42,906 nt of DNA from a virus (lineage: Duplodnaviria > Caudoviricetes). The stretch lies in the IMG/VR virus record IMGVR_UViG_3300037467_000857, positions 1 through 42,906 of that record; one strand, given 5' to 3'. Positions 1 to 7,491 of this stretch are shown one piece after another; the stretch's first letter is position 1, and the number at the start of each line of letters is the position of its first letter. Both the position numbers and the translations under genes were made by a program. Below the pieces are notes generated by a model. That model had not been told where the DNA came from. It worked only from the letters and a program-made list of their open reading frames with translations, and searched no databases.

Positions 1-1
1 G

Positions 2-343
2 CCTGCCCGACAGCCACGGCCGGACGGCGGAATGGCTTTGGCTCCTCACGCCGACGAAGGCGGACAACATGCTGAGCCCGTCGATGGCGAAGTGGGCAGG
101 ATGGTGGGGCCGGGGCCTGCCGCGCTCGGGCGATCCCCTCTCCATCCTCTCGCAAGCCTTGGGCCTGCCGGGTCGCAACCTCTTGGCCGCCATCTACGAG
201 CATATCATGGGGTTCCCGCCCGGCTGGCTGAGCGATGCCGCGAGGCATACGGCGACGCCGTCCTCCCCCAACTCACCGAAGCCGTAGGGCGCGCAATCCT
301 TCAGGTCGACGCTGCTCTCGCCGACTTACGAAAGGCCGCGTGA
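2..343 (+). CDS. C5 cytosine DNA methyltransferase, C-terminal part (alpha-like polypeptide, 5'-truncated)
   Basis: Frame is open from the window edge and ends with motif X-like AYGDAVLPQLTEAVGRAI (cf. GNAV..Q....IG..I). Confidence 0.65.
   Translation, partial: PARQPRPDGGMALAPHADEGGQHAEPVDGEVGRMVGPGPAALGRSPLHPLASLGPAGSQPLGRHLRAYHGVPARLAERCREAYGDAVLPQLTEAVGRAILQVDAALADLRKAA
3..287 (+). CDS. Overlapping-frame C5 methyltransferase beta-like polypeptide carrying motif IX (5'-truncated)
   Basis: Frame is open from the edge: WLLTPTKADNMLSPSMAKW...YEHIMGFPPGWL, resembling motif IX (E.LMGFP.GW). Confidence 0.55.
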   Translation: MPDSHGRTAEWLWLLTPTKADNMLSPSMAKWAGWWGRGLPRSGDPLSILSQALGLPGRNLLAAIYEHIMGFPPGWLSDAARHTATPSSPNSPKP

Positions 344-957
344 TGAACACCGACACTCCCGAAGGACGCCGCATGACAACCGTTCCCGACAGGCAAGGTG
401 ACGTAGAAGGGCTGGTGGAGGGCTTACAACGCTGGGCTCGCATCGCCGCTGCCGAGAGCGTTGATGGCCTGTCGCCTGAAGACACGCTCTACTGGAAAGC
501 CGCCTCCCTCCTCCTCTCCCAACAGGCAGAGATCGAGGCGCTGAAGGGGGAGAACGCGCGCCTGCGGGAAGGCGGCTTCGCGGGCAAGGATGGCCTCCGA
601 TGGGTCCGCAAGGATGACCGTGACGAAGCCCTCTCCCGAGCCGAGAAGGCCGAAAGAGAGCTGGCGGAGGCGCGGGAAGAGGCGGATCGCTACCGCGACG
701 GTTGGAATAGCGCGCAGGAGGAGTGGCGCAAGCTCAAGGCCGTCTACACCGAGTTCTGCGCCGACCTCGGATGCAAGGACGTGGCGGAAGTAGCTCATCG
801 CCTCCAAGCCGCCGAAGCCGCCATAGGGCGGAAGGACGAGCTTCTTCGAGCCTTGGTTCGTGAAAGCGCCTTCGCTACCGGCAATGCCGGGGACGGCTTT
901 GATGCTGCTTGGGAAGCCGCTCACGATGCCCTCCATCCGCAGGAGGGGAAGCGGTGA
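343..957 (+). CDS. Phage early coiled-coil hypothetical protein
   Basis: TGATG coupling to the upstream stop; helical charged sequence; coupled to the next gene. Confidence 0.7.
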   Translation: MNTDTPEGRRMTTVPDRQGDVEGLVEGLQRWARIAAAESVDGLSPEDTLYWKAASLLLSQQAEIEALKGENARLREGGFAGKDGLRWVRKDDRDEALSRAEKAERELAEAREEADRYRDGWNSAQEEWRKLKAVYTEFCADLGCKDVAEVAHRLQAAEAAIGRKDELLRALVRESAFATGNAGDGFDAAWEAAHDALHPQEGKR

Positions 958-1127
958 AGGTTCACGAGCTAATCCGTCGCCTGAAGCAGTTCCCGCGCGA
1001 TGCGGAAGTGGGATGGGCGGACCATGACCACAGCGACGACGAGCTGAACGGGCGCGTTCGCTATGTCGAAGAGGCGAGCGACTTCATCAAGAGGGAGCGC
1101 GGCGTGCAAGTCGTGCTGCGGCCATGA
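954..1127 (+). CDS. Small hypothetical protein (MKVHELIRRLKQFPRDAEV...)
   Basis: GTG start overlapping the upstream TGA, RBS AGGAGG; common phage small-protein N-terminus. Confidence 0.7.
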   Translation: MKVHELIRRLKQFPRDAEVGWADHDHSDDELNGRVRYVEEASDFIKRERGVQVVLRP

Positions 1128-1342
1128 GCGCCGCGGCAAGGATAACGCCGGCGCAGCGGCGCTGCCTTGAAGCCCTTGGGCGACCGCGGATCCACGGCTG
1201 CTCGTGGGGGCACACGTACAAGCCGCCAATCTGCTTGGTCCGCGACGGTCTGGCCCGTCAGGACGGCTACCTGCAGGGGCGGCCCTATTACCGCATCACC
1301 GACGCCGGTCGCCAAGCCCTCCACCCCAAGGAGACCCGGTGA
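1124..1342 (+). CDS. Small hypothetical protein, possible winged helix
   Basis: ATGA overlap; ITPAQRRCLEAL...YRITDAGRQAL pattern. Confidence 0.6.
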   Translation: MSAAARITPAQRRCLEALGRPRIHGCSWGHTYKPPICLVRDGLARQDGYLQGRPYYRITDAGRQALHPKETR

Positions 1343-1656
1343 TGGCGCTCTCTGAACGCAATCGAAAGCTGGTGGAACGGGTCGCGGGGCCGCTGATAGC
1401 TGACCCCGCACTGATCGGTAACACGATGTGCCACATGGAGGACATCACCCTCAACCGCCTCCTCGACGCCGCTCGCTCTGAAGCTGAAGGCCGAGTGAGA
1501 GTGCTGGAAGAAGCGCTTCGGGCGATCCAGTTGTGCGCCTTTAGCGACGGCTCGCGGACCTTCGACGACTGCATGAACGCGCTGTCGTGGATCGACGATC
1601 ACGCCCGCCAAGCCCTCTCCACCACCACCTCTACGGGGAGTGAGACCAATGGATAA
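1342..1656 (+). CDS. Hypothetical protein
   Basis: RBS AAGGAG, start coupled to the upstream stop (MALSERNRK...). Confidence 0.65.
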   Translation: MALSERNRKLVERVAGPLIADPALIGNTMCHMEDITLNRLLDAARSEAEGRVRVLEEALRAIQLCAFSDGSRTFDDCMNALSWIDDHARQALSTTTSTGSETNG

Positions 1657-1855
1657 GGCCGTATTGAGAGAACTTCTGGAACGGGTGGAGGGGGCGCTTC
1701 GGGCGACGGAGGACGAGTTGTCGCTCCGGCTCGCCACCGGGGACGTGGCGGAGGGCTACTACACGCACGGCTTCATGAGGGGCCGGTCTTTCGCCTTCCG
1801 GGTCGTGGCCGACGCCCTTCTCCGCGCTCTCTCCGAGGAGGATGGGAATGTCTGA
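1649..1855 (+). CDS. Hypothetical protein
   Basis: RBS GGGGAG, overlapping gene chain. Confidence 0.6.
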   Translation: MDKAVLRELLERVEGALRATEDELSLRLATGDVAEGYYTHGFMRGRSFAFRVVADALLRALSEEDGNV

Positions 1856-2291
1856 ACGTGATGCGCAGGACGGCACTCCCATTGCTGGGCCGTGCGCGCT
1901 GCCCCCAGAACTCCGATCTTCGCTCAAAGACTACGCCGCTACCACTCGCCGAGAGGCCGAGACCTATCGGTCTGTTCAGGACCTTGCCGCGGCAGCTTTC
2001 TGGGAAGGCCTCGCCGAGACGCTAGAGCGCGCGACCGTCGCCCTCGACGCCGCCCGCTCAGAAGCCCGCTCCGAGATCGAAGAACGGGTGAGAGTGCTGG
2101 AGGAGGCGCTGACGGAAAGCCGCAAAGCGATCTGGATGCTCGCCTGGGCTCAGCCGGATCGTCAGGCCCGGATCACGATGGCGGCCGCCGAGGCCTACTC
2201 GCCGAGCGCGACACTTCAGACGTGGGACGACCCTGAAACGGGCGACCGGATCGTGTCGGCGGCCCTCCAACCGCCGGAGCAGGAGCCCTAG
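1848..2291 (+). CDS. Hypothetical protein
   Basis: RBS GAGGAGG; shares the LDAARSEA..RVRVLEEAL segment with 1342..1656. Confidence 0.65.
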   Translation: MSERDAQDGTPIAGPCALPPELRSSLKDYAATTRREAETYRSVQDLAAAAFWEGLAETLERATVALDAARSEARSEIEERVRVLEEALTESRKAIWMLAWAQPDRQARITMAAAEAYSPSATLQTWDDPETGDRIVSAALQPPEQEP

Positions 2292-2294
2292 GCC

Positions 2295-2546
2295 GTGCCC
2301 GCCGACCCCTACGTCTGGATCCGGCCCGAGGAGATCGACTTCCTCCAAGCGACCCGGGAGGCGCTCGCGATCGAGCGCAAGGCGTACGCGGCCGCGGATG
2401 CGGAGCGCCGGGAGCTGCGGGAGCGCCTACCAGGGTGGGATCGGCTTTCTCCGGAGCAGCAGGCCCACATGCGGGCTCTTGTGCGCGGCCTGACGGTCGA
2501 GGCGTTCAGCCCCGAGCTTGAGCAGATCAACGGGCGGCTCGCATGA
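2295..2546 (+). CDS. Hypothetical protein
   Basis: GTG start after AGGAG; in the operon chain. Confidence 0.6.
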   Translation: MPADPYVWIRPEEIDFLQATREALAIERKAYAAADAERRELRERLPGWDRLSPEQQAHMRALVRGLTVEAFSPELEQINGRLA

Positions 2547-2824
2547 GAGCGCCCCTTGGCCCACGTACGCCCTGCGCGGTCCCGTTCTGCCGGCGCACCA
2601 TCAAGGGGGACTGGCGCTGGTGGCTTTGCCCCGAGCACTGGCGTCTCGTGCCGATGTGGATGAAGGCGCGGAATCGGAAAGCGAAGCGGCTGCTGCGCAA
2701 GGCCGGAGAGATGGCCCAAGACGATCGCTGCTGGTGGCCCACGAGCGGCCGCGGCGAGCAGGTTGCGCGGCTGATCGGGGTCGCGGCGGTGCGCGCCGCC
2801 TGTAGGCGGGCGATGGGCCTGTGA
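2543..2824 (+). CDS. Small putative zinc-binding protein
   Basis: CAVPFC...LCPEHW Cys/His pattern; ATGA overlap. Confidence 0.6.
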   Translation: MRAPLGPRTPCAVPFCRRTIKGDWRWWLCPEHWRLVPMWMKARNRKAKRLLRKAGEMAQDDRCWWPTSGRGEQVARLIGVAAVRAACRRAMGL

Positions 2825-3030
2825 CCAAGCGCGCGACCTTCACAGCTGCCGATGTCGCCCGAGCGCTTTCCGGGGCGAAGAAGGCTGGCCTGACGGTTGC
2901 GAGCTACGAGATCACGGCCGAGGGCACGATACGCGTGTTGACGGCCGACGGCGGGGCGCCCCTACCCTCCTCGGACCAGGACGATGAAGCCTGGAGTCGG
3001 GCGATGGGCACATGGCGACGTTCCGCATGA
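2821..3030 (+). CDS. Small protein upstream of integrase, candidate excisionase/RDF
   Basis: 69 aa, overlaps the integrase start; function inferred from position only. Confidence 0.5.
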   Translation: MTKRATFTAADVARALSGAKKAGLTVASYEITAEGTIRVLTADGGAPLPSSDQDDEAWSRAMGTWRRSA

Positions 3031-4073
3031 GGTACGTGAAGGCCTTCAAGGATCGGCACGGGAAGGCGCGCTACTACTATCGGCGCAGGGGCTGGCCGAG
3101 CATCGCCCTACCGGGCGAGCCGGGGAGCAAAGCCTTTGCCGAGGCATACGAGGCGGCGCAGGGCCAGAAGCGGAAGCTGGGCGAGGAGCGCACGGTCCCG
3201 GGGACATTCAACGCCCTCATCGTCGCCTACTATGAGAGCGCCGATTACGAGCGGCTTGCCGAGATCAGCAAGAAGACGAACCGGAACGTGCTCGAGCGCT
3301 TCCGCAAGAACTTCGGAGCGATGCCCGTCAAGAGCCTGACGCCGAAGCGCCTCGACGAGCTGCTGGACGGGACGCCGAAGAACCGGGTTGGGCTCCGCAA
3401 GGTGCTCCGGATTATCCTGAAGCTCGCCGTCCGCCGCGAGATCATCAAGGTCAACCCGATGGACGGCCTGCGCCTGCCCCGGAAGGCTGAGAAGGGCTTC
3501 TACCCCTGGACCGAGGACGACATAGCCCTGTTCGAGAAGCGCTGGCCCACAGGCACGCGTGAGCGCCTAGCCCTGGCCCTTCTGCTCTACACCGCCCAGC
3601 GGCGCGAGGACGTCGTGATCATGGGCCGCCAGCATGTCAGGGATGGCAAGATCAGGGTCAAGCAACGGAAGACCGGCGCGGAACTCTGGATCCCCGTCCA
3701 TCGCGATCTCAAGCGCGAGCTCGACGCCATCCAGAAAACGCAACTGAACTTCATGGAGACGCAGTACGGCCGCACCTTCAGCCCGGCCGGCTTCACGAAT
3801 TGGTTCCGGGAACGCGCGCGGGAAGCCGGATGCCCAGCGGGCTTTTCCCCACACGGCGGCCGGAAGGCTTCTCTGCGCCGTCTCGCCGAGGCGGGCTGCA
3901 CGCCGCACCAGATCATGGCTGTGTCAGGCCACCAGAACCTGTCGGAGGTGACGCTCTACACGGCCGCTGCGGATCAGGAACGACTCGCGAGCGAGGCCAT
4001 GCAGAAGGCCGAAAAGCGAACGAAAGCGTCTAACCACAAGCGTCCGGTTAGACAATTCGGCCGAAAAACATAG
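3012..4073 (+). CDS. int: Tyrosine recombinase (phage integrase)
   Basis: N-terminal arm-binding-like DRHGKARYYYRR; catalytic R (TAQRRED), K (QRKTG), HxxR (PHGGRK), GH and Y (TLYT). Confidence 0.95.
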   Translation: MATFRMRYVKAFKDRHGKARYYYRRRGWPSIALPGEPGSKAFAEAYEAAQGQKRKLGEERTVPGTFNALIVAYYESADYERLAEISKKTNRNVLERFRKNFGAMPVKSLTPKRLDELLDGTPKNRVGLRKVLRIILKLAVRREIIKVNPMDGLRLPRKAEKGFYPWTEDDIALFEKRWPTGTRERLALALLLYTAQRREDVVIMGRQHVRDGKIRVKQRKTGAELWIPVHRDLKRELDAIQKTQLNFMETQYGRTFSPAGFTNWFRERAREAGCPAGFSPHGGRKASLRRLAEAGCTPHQIMAVSGHQNLSEVTLYTAAADQERLASEAMQKAEKRTKASNHKRPVRQFGRKT

Positions 4074-4209
4074 GGAAATCAAATGGAAAATCTTCGCGTG
4101 GCAGTCCCTAGGGGAATGCGCGGGCCCAATAGCCACAACGATATAGGGTGTCAAACCGCCCATTCGTCGCCCGAAGAAATTCAATCGCCTAGCCCGGGAG
4201 TGTCTAACC
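4028..4209. repeat. Putative integrase arm-type binding sites, (T)GTCTAACC
   Basis: GTCTAACC 4028-4035, inverted GGTTAGACA 4046-4054, TGTCAAACC 4149-4157, TGTCTAACC 4201-4209, flanking the core. Confidence 0.7.
4099..4117 (-). other. attP core matching a tRNA 3' end (probably tRNA-Glu)
   Basis: Reverse complement ATTCCCCTAGGGACTGCCA gives a T-loop end, T-stem/acceptor stem and CCA; 25 bp downstream of int. Confidence 0.75.
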
Positions 4210-4273
4210 TTTTCGGGCTCGAGCGTCGTCGATGTAGCGCAGCGATACGAGGCCTTGAGCGGGCGGCGTAGCC

Positions 4274-5023
4274 GTGCCCGCCGTTCAAGACCACGTCATC
4301 ATCGCCGGCCAGAGCGAGGCTGCGGGCTTCGAGAACACCGGCCCGGCGCCCTACGTCCCGACCTGGCAGGTGCAGATCTGGACCCTTCAGCCCGACGGCT
4401 CCTACGCCTGGAACTACATGCTGCCTGGGGTGAACACCGGGACGCCCGCGAACCCGGCAATCTGGGGTCCGGAGGTGCAGCTGGCCAACGACTGGCTAAA
4501 GCTTCACGCCGGCGACGGCTCGGTCCTCTGGATCGTGAAGTCCGCCCACGGGAGCACCGGGCTCGCGGCCGATCCCGCGCAGCTCGACTGGTCGCCTCAC
4601 TCGGCGGGCGAGATGTTCGACCAGACCACGGCCATCGCGAACGCCGCGATGCACAACCTCGACGGCGGCCCGTGGGCGTTCACCCGCTACGACGTCCTGG
4701 ACTGGATGCAGGGCGAGACCGACGCGGCCGACCAGCTGAAGGCCGCCGCCTATGAGGCCAACCTCCGGGAGTTCATCACCGACGCGCGCGAGGCGTGGCA
4801 CCTCGAGGACGTGGTGATCGGCCGGATCAGCGACGCCTGGGGAGATCCGGCTTCCAACCTCACCGTCCGGCTGGCGCAGTGGGACGTGGCCTATGGCGAC
4901 GATCGCATGGCAGACGTGGTGAGCTTCAAGACGATGGGCTTCGAGCGGCTGCCCGACGGACATTTCGACGCCGTGGGCCAGGTGCAGCTCGGAGATGCGT
5001 TCTTCGACGCGTGGGTGTTCTGA
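4274..5023 (+). CDS. Sialate O-acetylesterase-like (SASA/CE6, SGNH) carbohydrate esterase
   Basis: AGQSE (GQSN-like), WGPEV, WMQGETDA and C-terminal DGHF motifs. Confidence 0.85.
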   Translation: MPAVQDHVIIAGQSEAAGFENTGPAPYVPTWQVQIWTLQPDGSYAWNYMLPGVNTGTPANPAIWGPEVQLANDWLKLHAGDGSVLWIVKSAHGSTGLAADPAQLDWSPHSAGEMFDQTTAIANAAMHNLDGGPWAFTRYDVLDWMQGETDAADQLKAAAYEANLREFITDAREAWHLEDVVIGRISDAWGDPASNLTVRLAQWDVAYGDDRMADVVSFKTMGFERLPDGHFDAVGQVQLGDAFFDAWVF

Positions 5024-5037
5024 GGTAGGGTGATTCG

Positions 5038-5238
5038 ATGAGCGACGATCCGAAGGTCACCTCCAAGCATTCGGGCGCCTTCAAGGTGGGCTTCATCGTT
5101 CGCGGCGATGAAGTGTTCGAGACGTTTGAGACGGAGGGGTTCAAGGAGGAGCGGCTGCTATGCCGCACTTCAGAGCTTAGGCCCGGTCAGTCCGTGGACG
5201 GCGTCAACTTGCGCGCCGAGCGCGCCCGGCGCTCTTGA
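5038..5238 (+). CDS. Small hypothetical protein
   Basis: 66 aa ORF with TAGGGT 6 nt before the ATG (leaderless-type geometry). Confidence 0.55.
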   Translation: MSDDPKVTSKHSGAFKVGFIVRGDEVFETFETEGFKEERLLCRTSELRPGQSVDGVNLRAERARRS

Positions 5239-5269
5239 CTCCCCTCCCCGCCTGACACCCCGCTAGCGG

Positions 5270-5470
5270 ATGACGAGACGCTTCCCGGCTCCGTGGTCCG
5301 TGATCGAATTGGAGAGCTGTTTCAAGGTCTCCGACGCCAGCGGCCAGGGCCTGGGATACTTCTACTTCCGCGACCCTCCCATCGTCGGAACGTCGGGAGA
5401 CCTTACGAGGGATGAGGCGCGTCGGATGGCCACGAACTTCGCCGAGCTTCCCAATCTGCTCCGGAAATGA
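5270..5470 (+). CDS. Small alphaproteobacterial-type hypothetical protein
   Basis: RRFPAPWSV...LGYFYF...LTRDEARRMA pattern; ends at the terminator hairpin. Confidence 0.65.
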   Translation: MTRRFPAPWSVIELESCFKVSDASGQGLGYFYFRDPPIVGTSGDLTRDEARRMATNFAELPNLLRK

Positions 5471-5501
5471 AAAAGGCCCCCGGATCGCTCCGAGGGGCCT
5501 T
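5470..5501 (-). terminator. Rho-independent terminator ending the late/lysis operon (probably bidirectional)
   Basis: On the minus strand AAGGCCCCTCGGA-GCGA-TCCGGGGGCC-TTTTT, between convergent genes. Confidence 0.8.
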
Positions 5502-5538
5502 CAGTTTGCGGCGCTCGTGGGGAGGGGCGCCGGGTCGG

Positions 5539-6096
5539 TTACGAGCCCCAACCGGAACCGCCGAAGCCGCGGACCGCCTCGTAGATCACCACCCGCTTCC
5601 ACGCCGGCACCTGCAGGGCGACCATGCCCTCGCGCAGGATCTCGTCGCACTCCGCCCGCGCGTACGGCTTCGTCCTCGTCCGGCCGAGGTGGGCGTAGAA
5701 CTGGAACGTCCCCTTCGTCCGATAGCAGGCGTCGTGGGGAAGCGCGGCCTCGGCCCAAGGCCCGTCGGGCGGCAGGAGCCACCAGACGGCTTGCGGGATC
5801 GAGGCGAGGTCGGTCCGCTGGCCGGCGAAGAACGTCACCGTCTCGCCGGCGTCGGTCTTGAGCGAGACCGGATTGCGCGCCGCGTAGTACTGATGCCCGT
5901 TGCGGAGGACGGGGCATCGGGTCTTCGCGATCGGCTTGCCGGCCTTGTCCTTGCAATCGGCGAAGAGCGGGACGAGCTCGAACTTGCCGCTGAAGGTCGC
6001 GGCCCGCGCTGGCGCCCCCCAGAGCGCGCACGCCAGGAGGGCGAGGAGGACGAGGGCGCAGATCCAGTCCCACGCCTTCACGGTGAGCAGGCGCAC
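5539..6096 (-). CDS. DUF1353-like protein with N-terminal signal/TM segment
   Basis: TDLASIP...W..AAL.HD.CY...R.ECD..L.E.M motifs; hydrophobic N-terminus ending in ARA. Confidence 0.75.
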   Translation of the reverse strand: MRLLTVKAWDWICALVLLALLACALWGAPARAATFSGKFELVPLFADCKDKAGKPIAKTRCPVLRNGHQYYAARNPVSLKTDAGETVTFFAGQRTDLASIPQAVWWLLPPDGPWAEAALPHDACYRTKGTFQFYAHLGRTRTKPYARAECDEILREGMVALQVPAWKRVVIYEAVRGFGGSGWGS

Positions 6097-6100
6097 GGGG

Positions 6101-6388
6101 CTACTGCGCGGGCGCCGGAGAGGTTGACGCGGGGACCGGCGGTAGGACGGTCTTCACGGTCCCGCTCGGCCCGGGGCAGTTGCGTTCCAGGAAGAGCTGG
6201 CCAGTGGAGATCGCGCCGAGGTTCACGGCGAGCCGGTCGGTGTGGCCGCAGTTCGGGTCCTGGGCGATGGCCTTGGCGGTGTCCAGGATGGATTGCTGGG
6301 CCGCGGCGCCGCCGGGGCCGGTGAGCGACGAGCACGCGCATAGGCTCAGGCTGGCGAGCGCGAGGCCCGCGAGGGTGGTCAGTTTCAT
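6101..6388 (-). CDS. Lipoprotein (o-spanin-like candidate)
   Basis: Signal peptide with lipobox-like LCAC; Pro-rich C-terminus. Confidence 0.7.
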   Translation of the reverse strand: MKLTTLAGLALASLSLCACSSLTGPGGAAAQQSILDTAKAIAQDPNCGHTDRLAVNLGAISTGQLFLERNCPGPSGTVKTVLPPVPASTSPAPAQ

Positions 6389-6444
6389 GTCGGTGTCCTT
6401 CGAGGTGGCAGGGCGGCGGGAGCCGCCCCGCGCGTGGATGGATT

Positions 6445-6849
6445 TCAGGCCGCGTTGTGGAGGCGATCGCGCAGCGCGAAGCCCATCAGCGGCCAGAGTT
6501 GGCGGATCGCGTCCTCCCGGGCGAAGGTCTTGCCCTTCTCCTCGTCGAAGTTCTCCGGGCTGGCCGGCGCCGACTTGCCGATGACGACGAAGCCGTTCCG
6601 CAGAACGAGGATGCAGATGGTCAGGAGATCGAGGGGGCTGTTGATCCCGATGGTTTCCCCGTCTTCGTCCTTCACGGGCGTTCCGGTCAGGGGCTGTCCC
6701 AGCGCCACCACGGCCTGAGCCGCCGTGAAGTAGTGCTCGCCCGCGATGGCCGGCTCGATGTCTTCCTTCAGCCGCACGCGAGGGTGGGTCGCGCCGCGCG
6801 CGCCGAGGTCTTCCGTCGCCTGAAGCGACGGGCTGGTCTTGGAGTCCAT
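6445..6849 (-). CDS. Phage Gp49/Sf6 gp66 family protein
   Basis: LTICILVLRNGFVVIGKSAPASPENFDEEKG...IRQLWPLMGF signature; start uncertain (6849 or 6888). Confidence 0.85.
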   Translation of the reverse strand: MDSKTSPSLQATEDLGARGATHPRVRLKEDIEPAIAGEHYFTAAQAVVALGQPLTGTPVKDEDGETIGINSPLDLLTICILVLRNGFVVIGKSAPASPENFDEEKGKTFAREDAIRQLWPLMGFALRDRLHNAA

Positions 6850-6920
6850 GTTAGGTACTCGCCCGGCAGGAGGCGGCCGGTTCGCCATCTGCGGCAGGTT
6901 CGCCGCGGATCAGGTCCCGC

Positions 6921-7076
6921 TCAGCGGGCGGGATAGGGGTGGCCGTCGCCGGGCCCATGGCGCGCGGCGAGGTTGGCGGGGACGAGGTGACAGCGGCCGT
7001 CGCAGCGCAGCGTCAGGCCCGGGGTAGAGCCGCAGGCAGTGAGCAGCAGCGCGAGGGCGGCGGCCAGCGGGCGCAT
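6921..7076 (-). CDS. Small lipoprotein, 51 aa (not in the ORF track)
   Basis: MRPLAAALALLLTACGSTPG... with lipobox LTAC. Confidence 0.6.
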   Translation of the reverse strand: MRPLAAALALLLTACGSTPGLTLRCDGRCHLVPANLAARHGPGDGHPYPAR

Positions 7077-7107
7077 CAGTCGAAATCTTCGATTGGCGGA
7101 TCGAATG

Positions 7108-7491
7108 TCACGACGTTGGCCAGTCCGGCAAATCGACCGTCTGGCCTGCGAGGTCGTGGGTGCAATCGCCCAGGAATTGGATGCGCCCGTCCGTCACGAA
7201 GCTGTGGCAGACGAAGCACGTCGCGAAGGCCGGTTTCTTCCCCTCGGCGATGCGCTGCGCGTTGTAGGTGCACCAGCACGACGGTCCCTGATGGCCAGGG
7301 ATGTAGTGACCGCCGCGCATCAGCAGCGAGGGCGTGAACGTCGGGCGCTCGGGGTTGCCGTTGTAGCCCCAGACGCACCCATGGTCCCCCGCAATCCAGA
7401 CGCGGTGAGAGCCCTTGCAGCCGGGGCACCAGAAGTCCACGCCGCCGCCGTCTACGGCTCGGAGCTTCGCCGAAAGCGCCTCGCCGCTCAC
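7108..7491 (-). CDS. Cys/His-rich DUF6527-like metal-binding protein
   Basis: FWCPGCKGSH...WGYNG..PTFTPS...CHSFVTDGRIQFLGDCTH; GTG start overlapping the upstream stop. Confidence 0.75.
   Translation of the reverse strand: MSGEALSAKLRAVDGGGVDFWCPGCKGSHRVWIAGDHGCVWGYNGNPERPTFTPSLLMRGGHYIPGHQGPSCWCTYNAQRIAEGKKPAFATCFVCHSFVTDGRIQFLGDCTHDLAGQTVDLPDWPTS

Noticed and set aside
4090-4125. Possible tRNA gene
   Set aside because: Only the last 19 nt of a tRNA are present, with no D or anticodon arm; interpreted as the att core
5235-5270. Leaderless promoter for 5270..5470
   Set aside because: TTGACT is present but there is no convincing -10 box at the expected spacing, so it was not counted with the other three
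7076-7429. Alternative-frame ORF whose stop overlaps the lipoprotein start
   Set aside because: The overlapping frame 7108-7491 carries the recognisable Cys/His motifs; this frame looks non-coding
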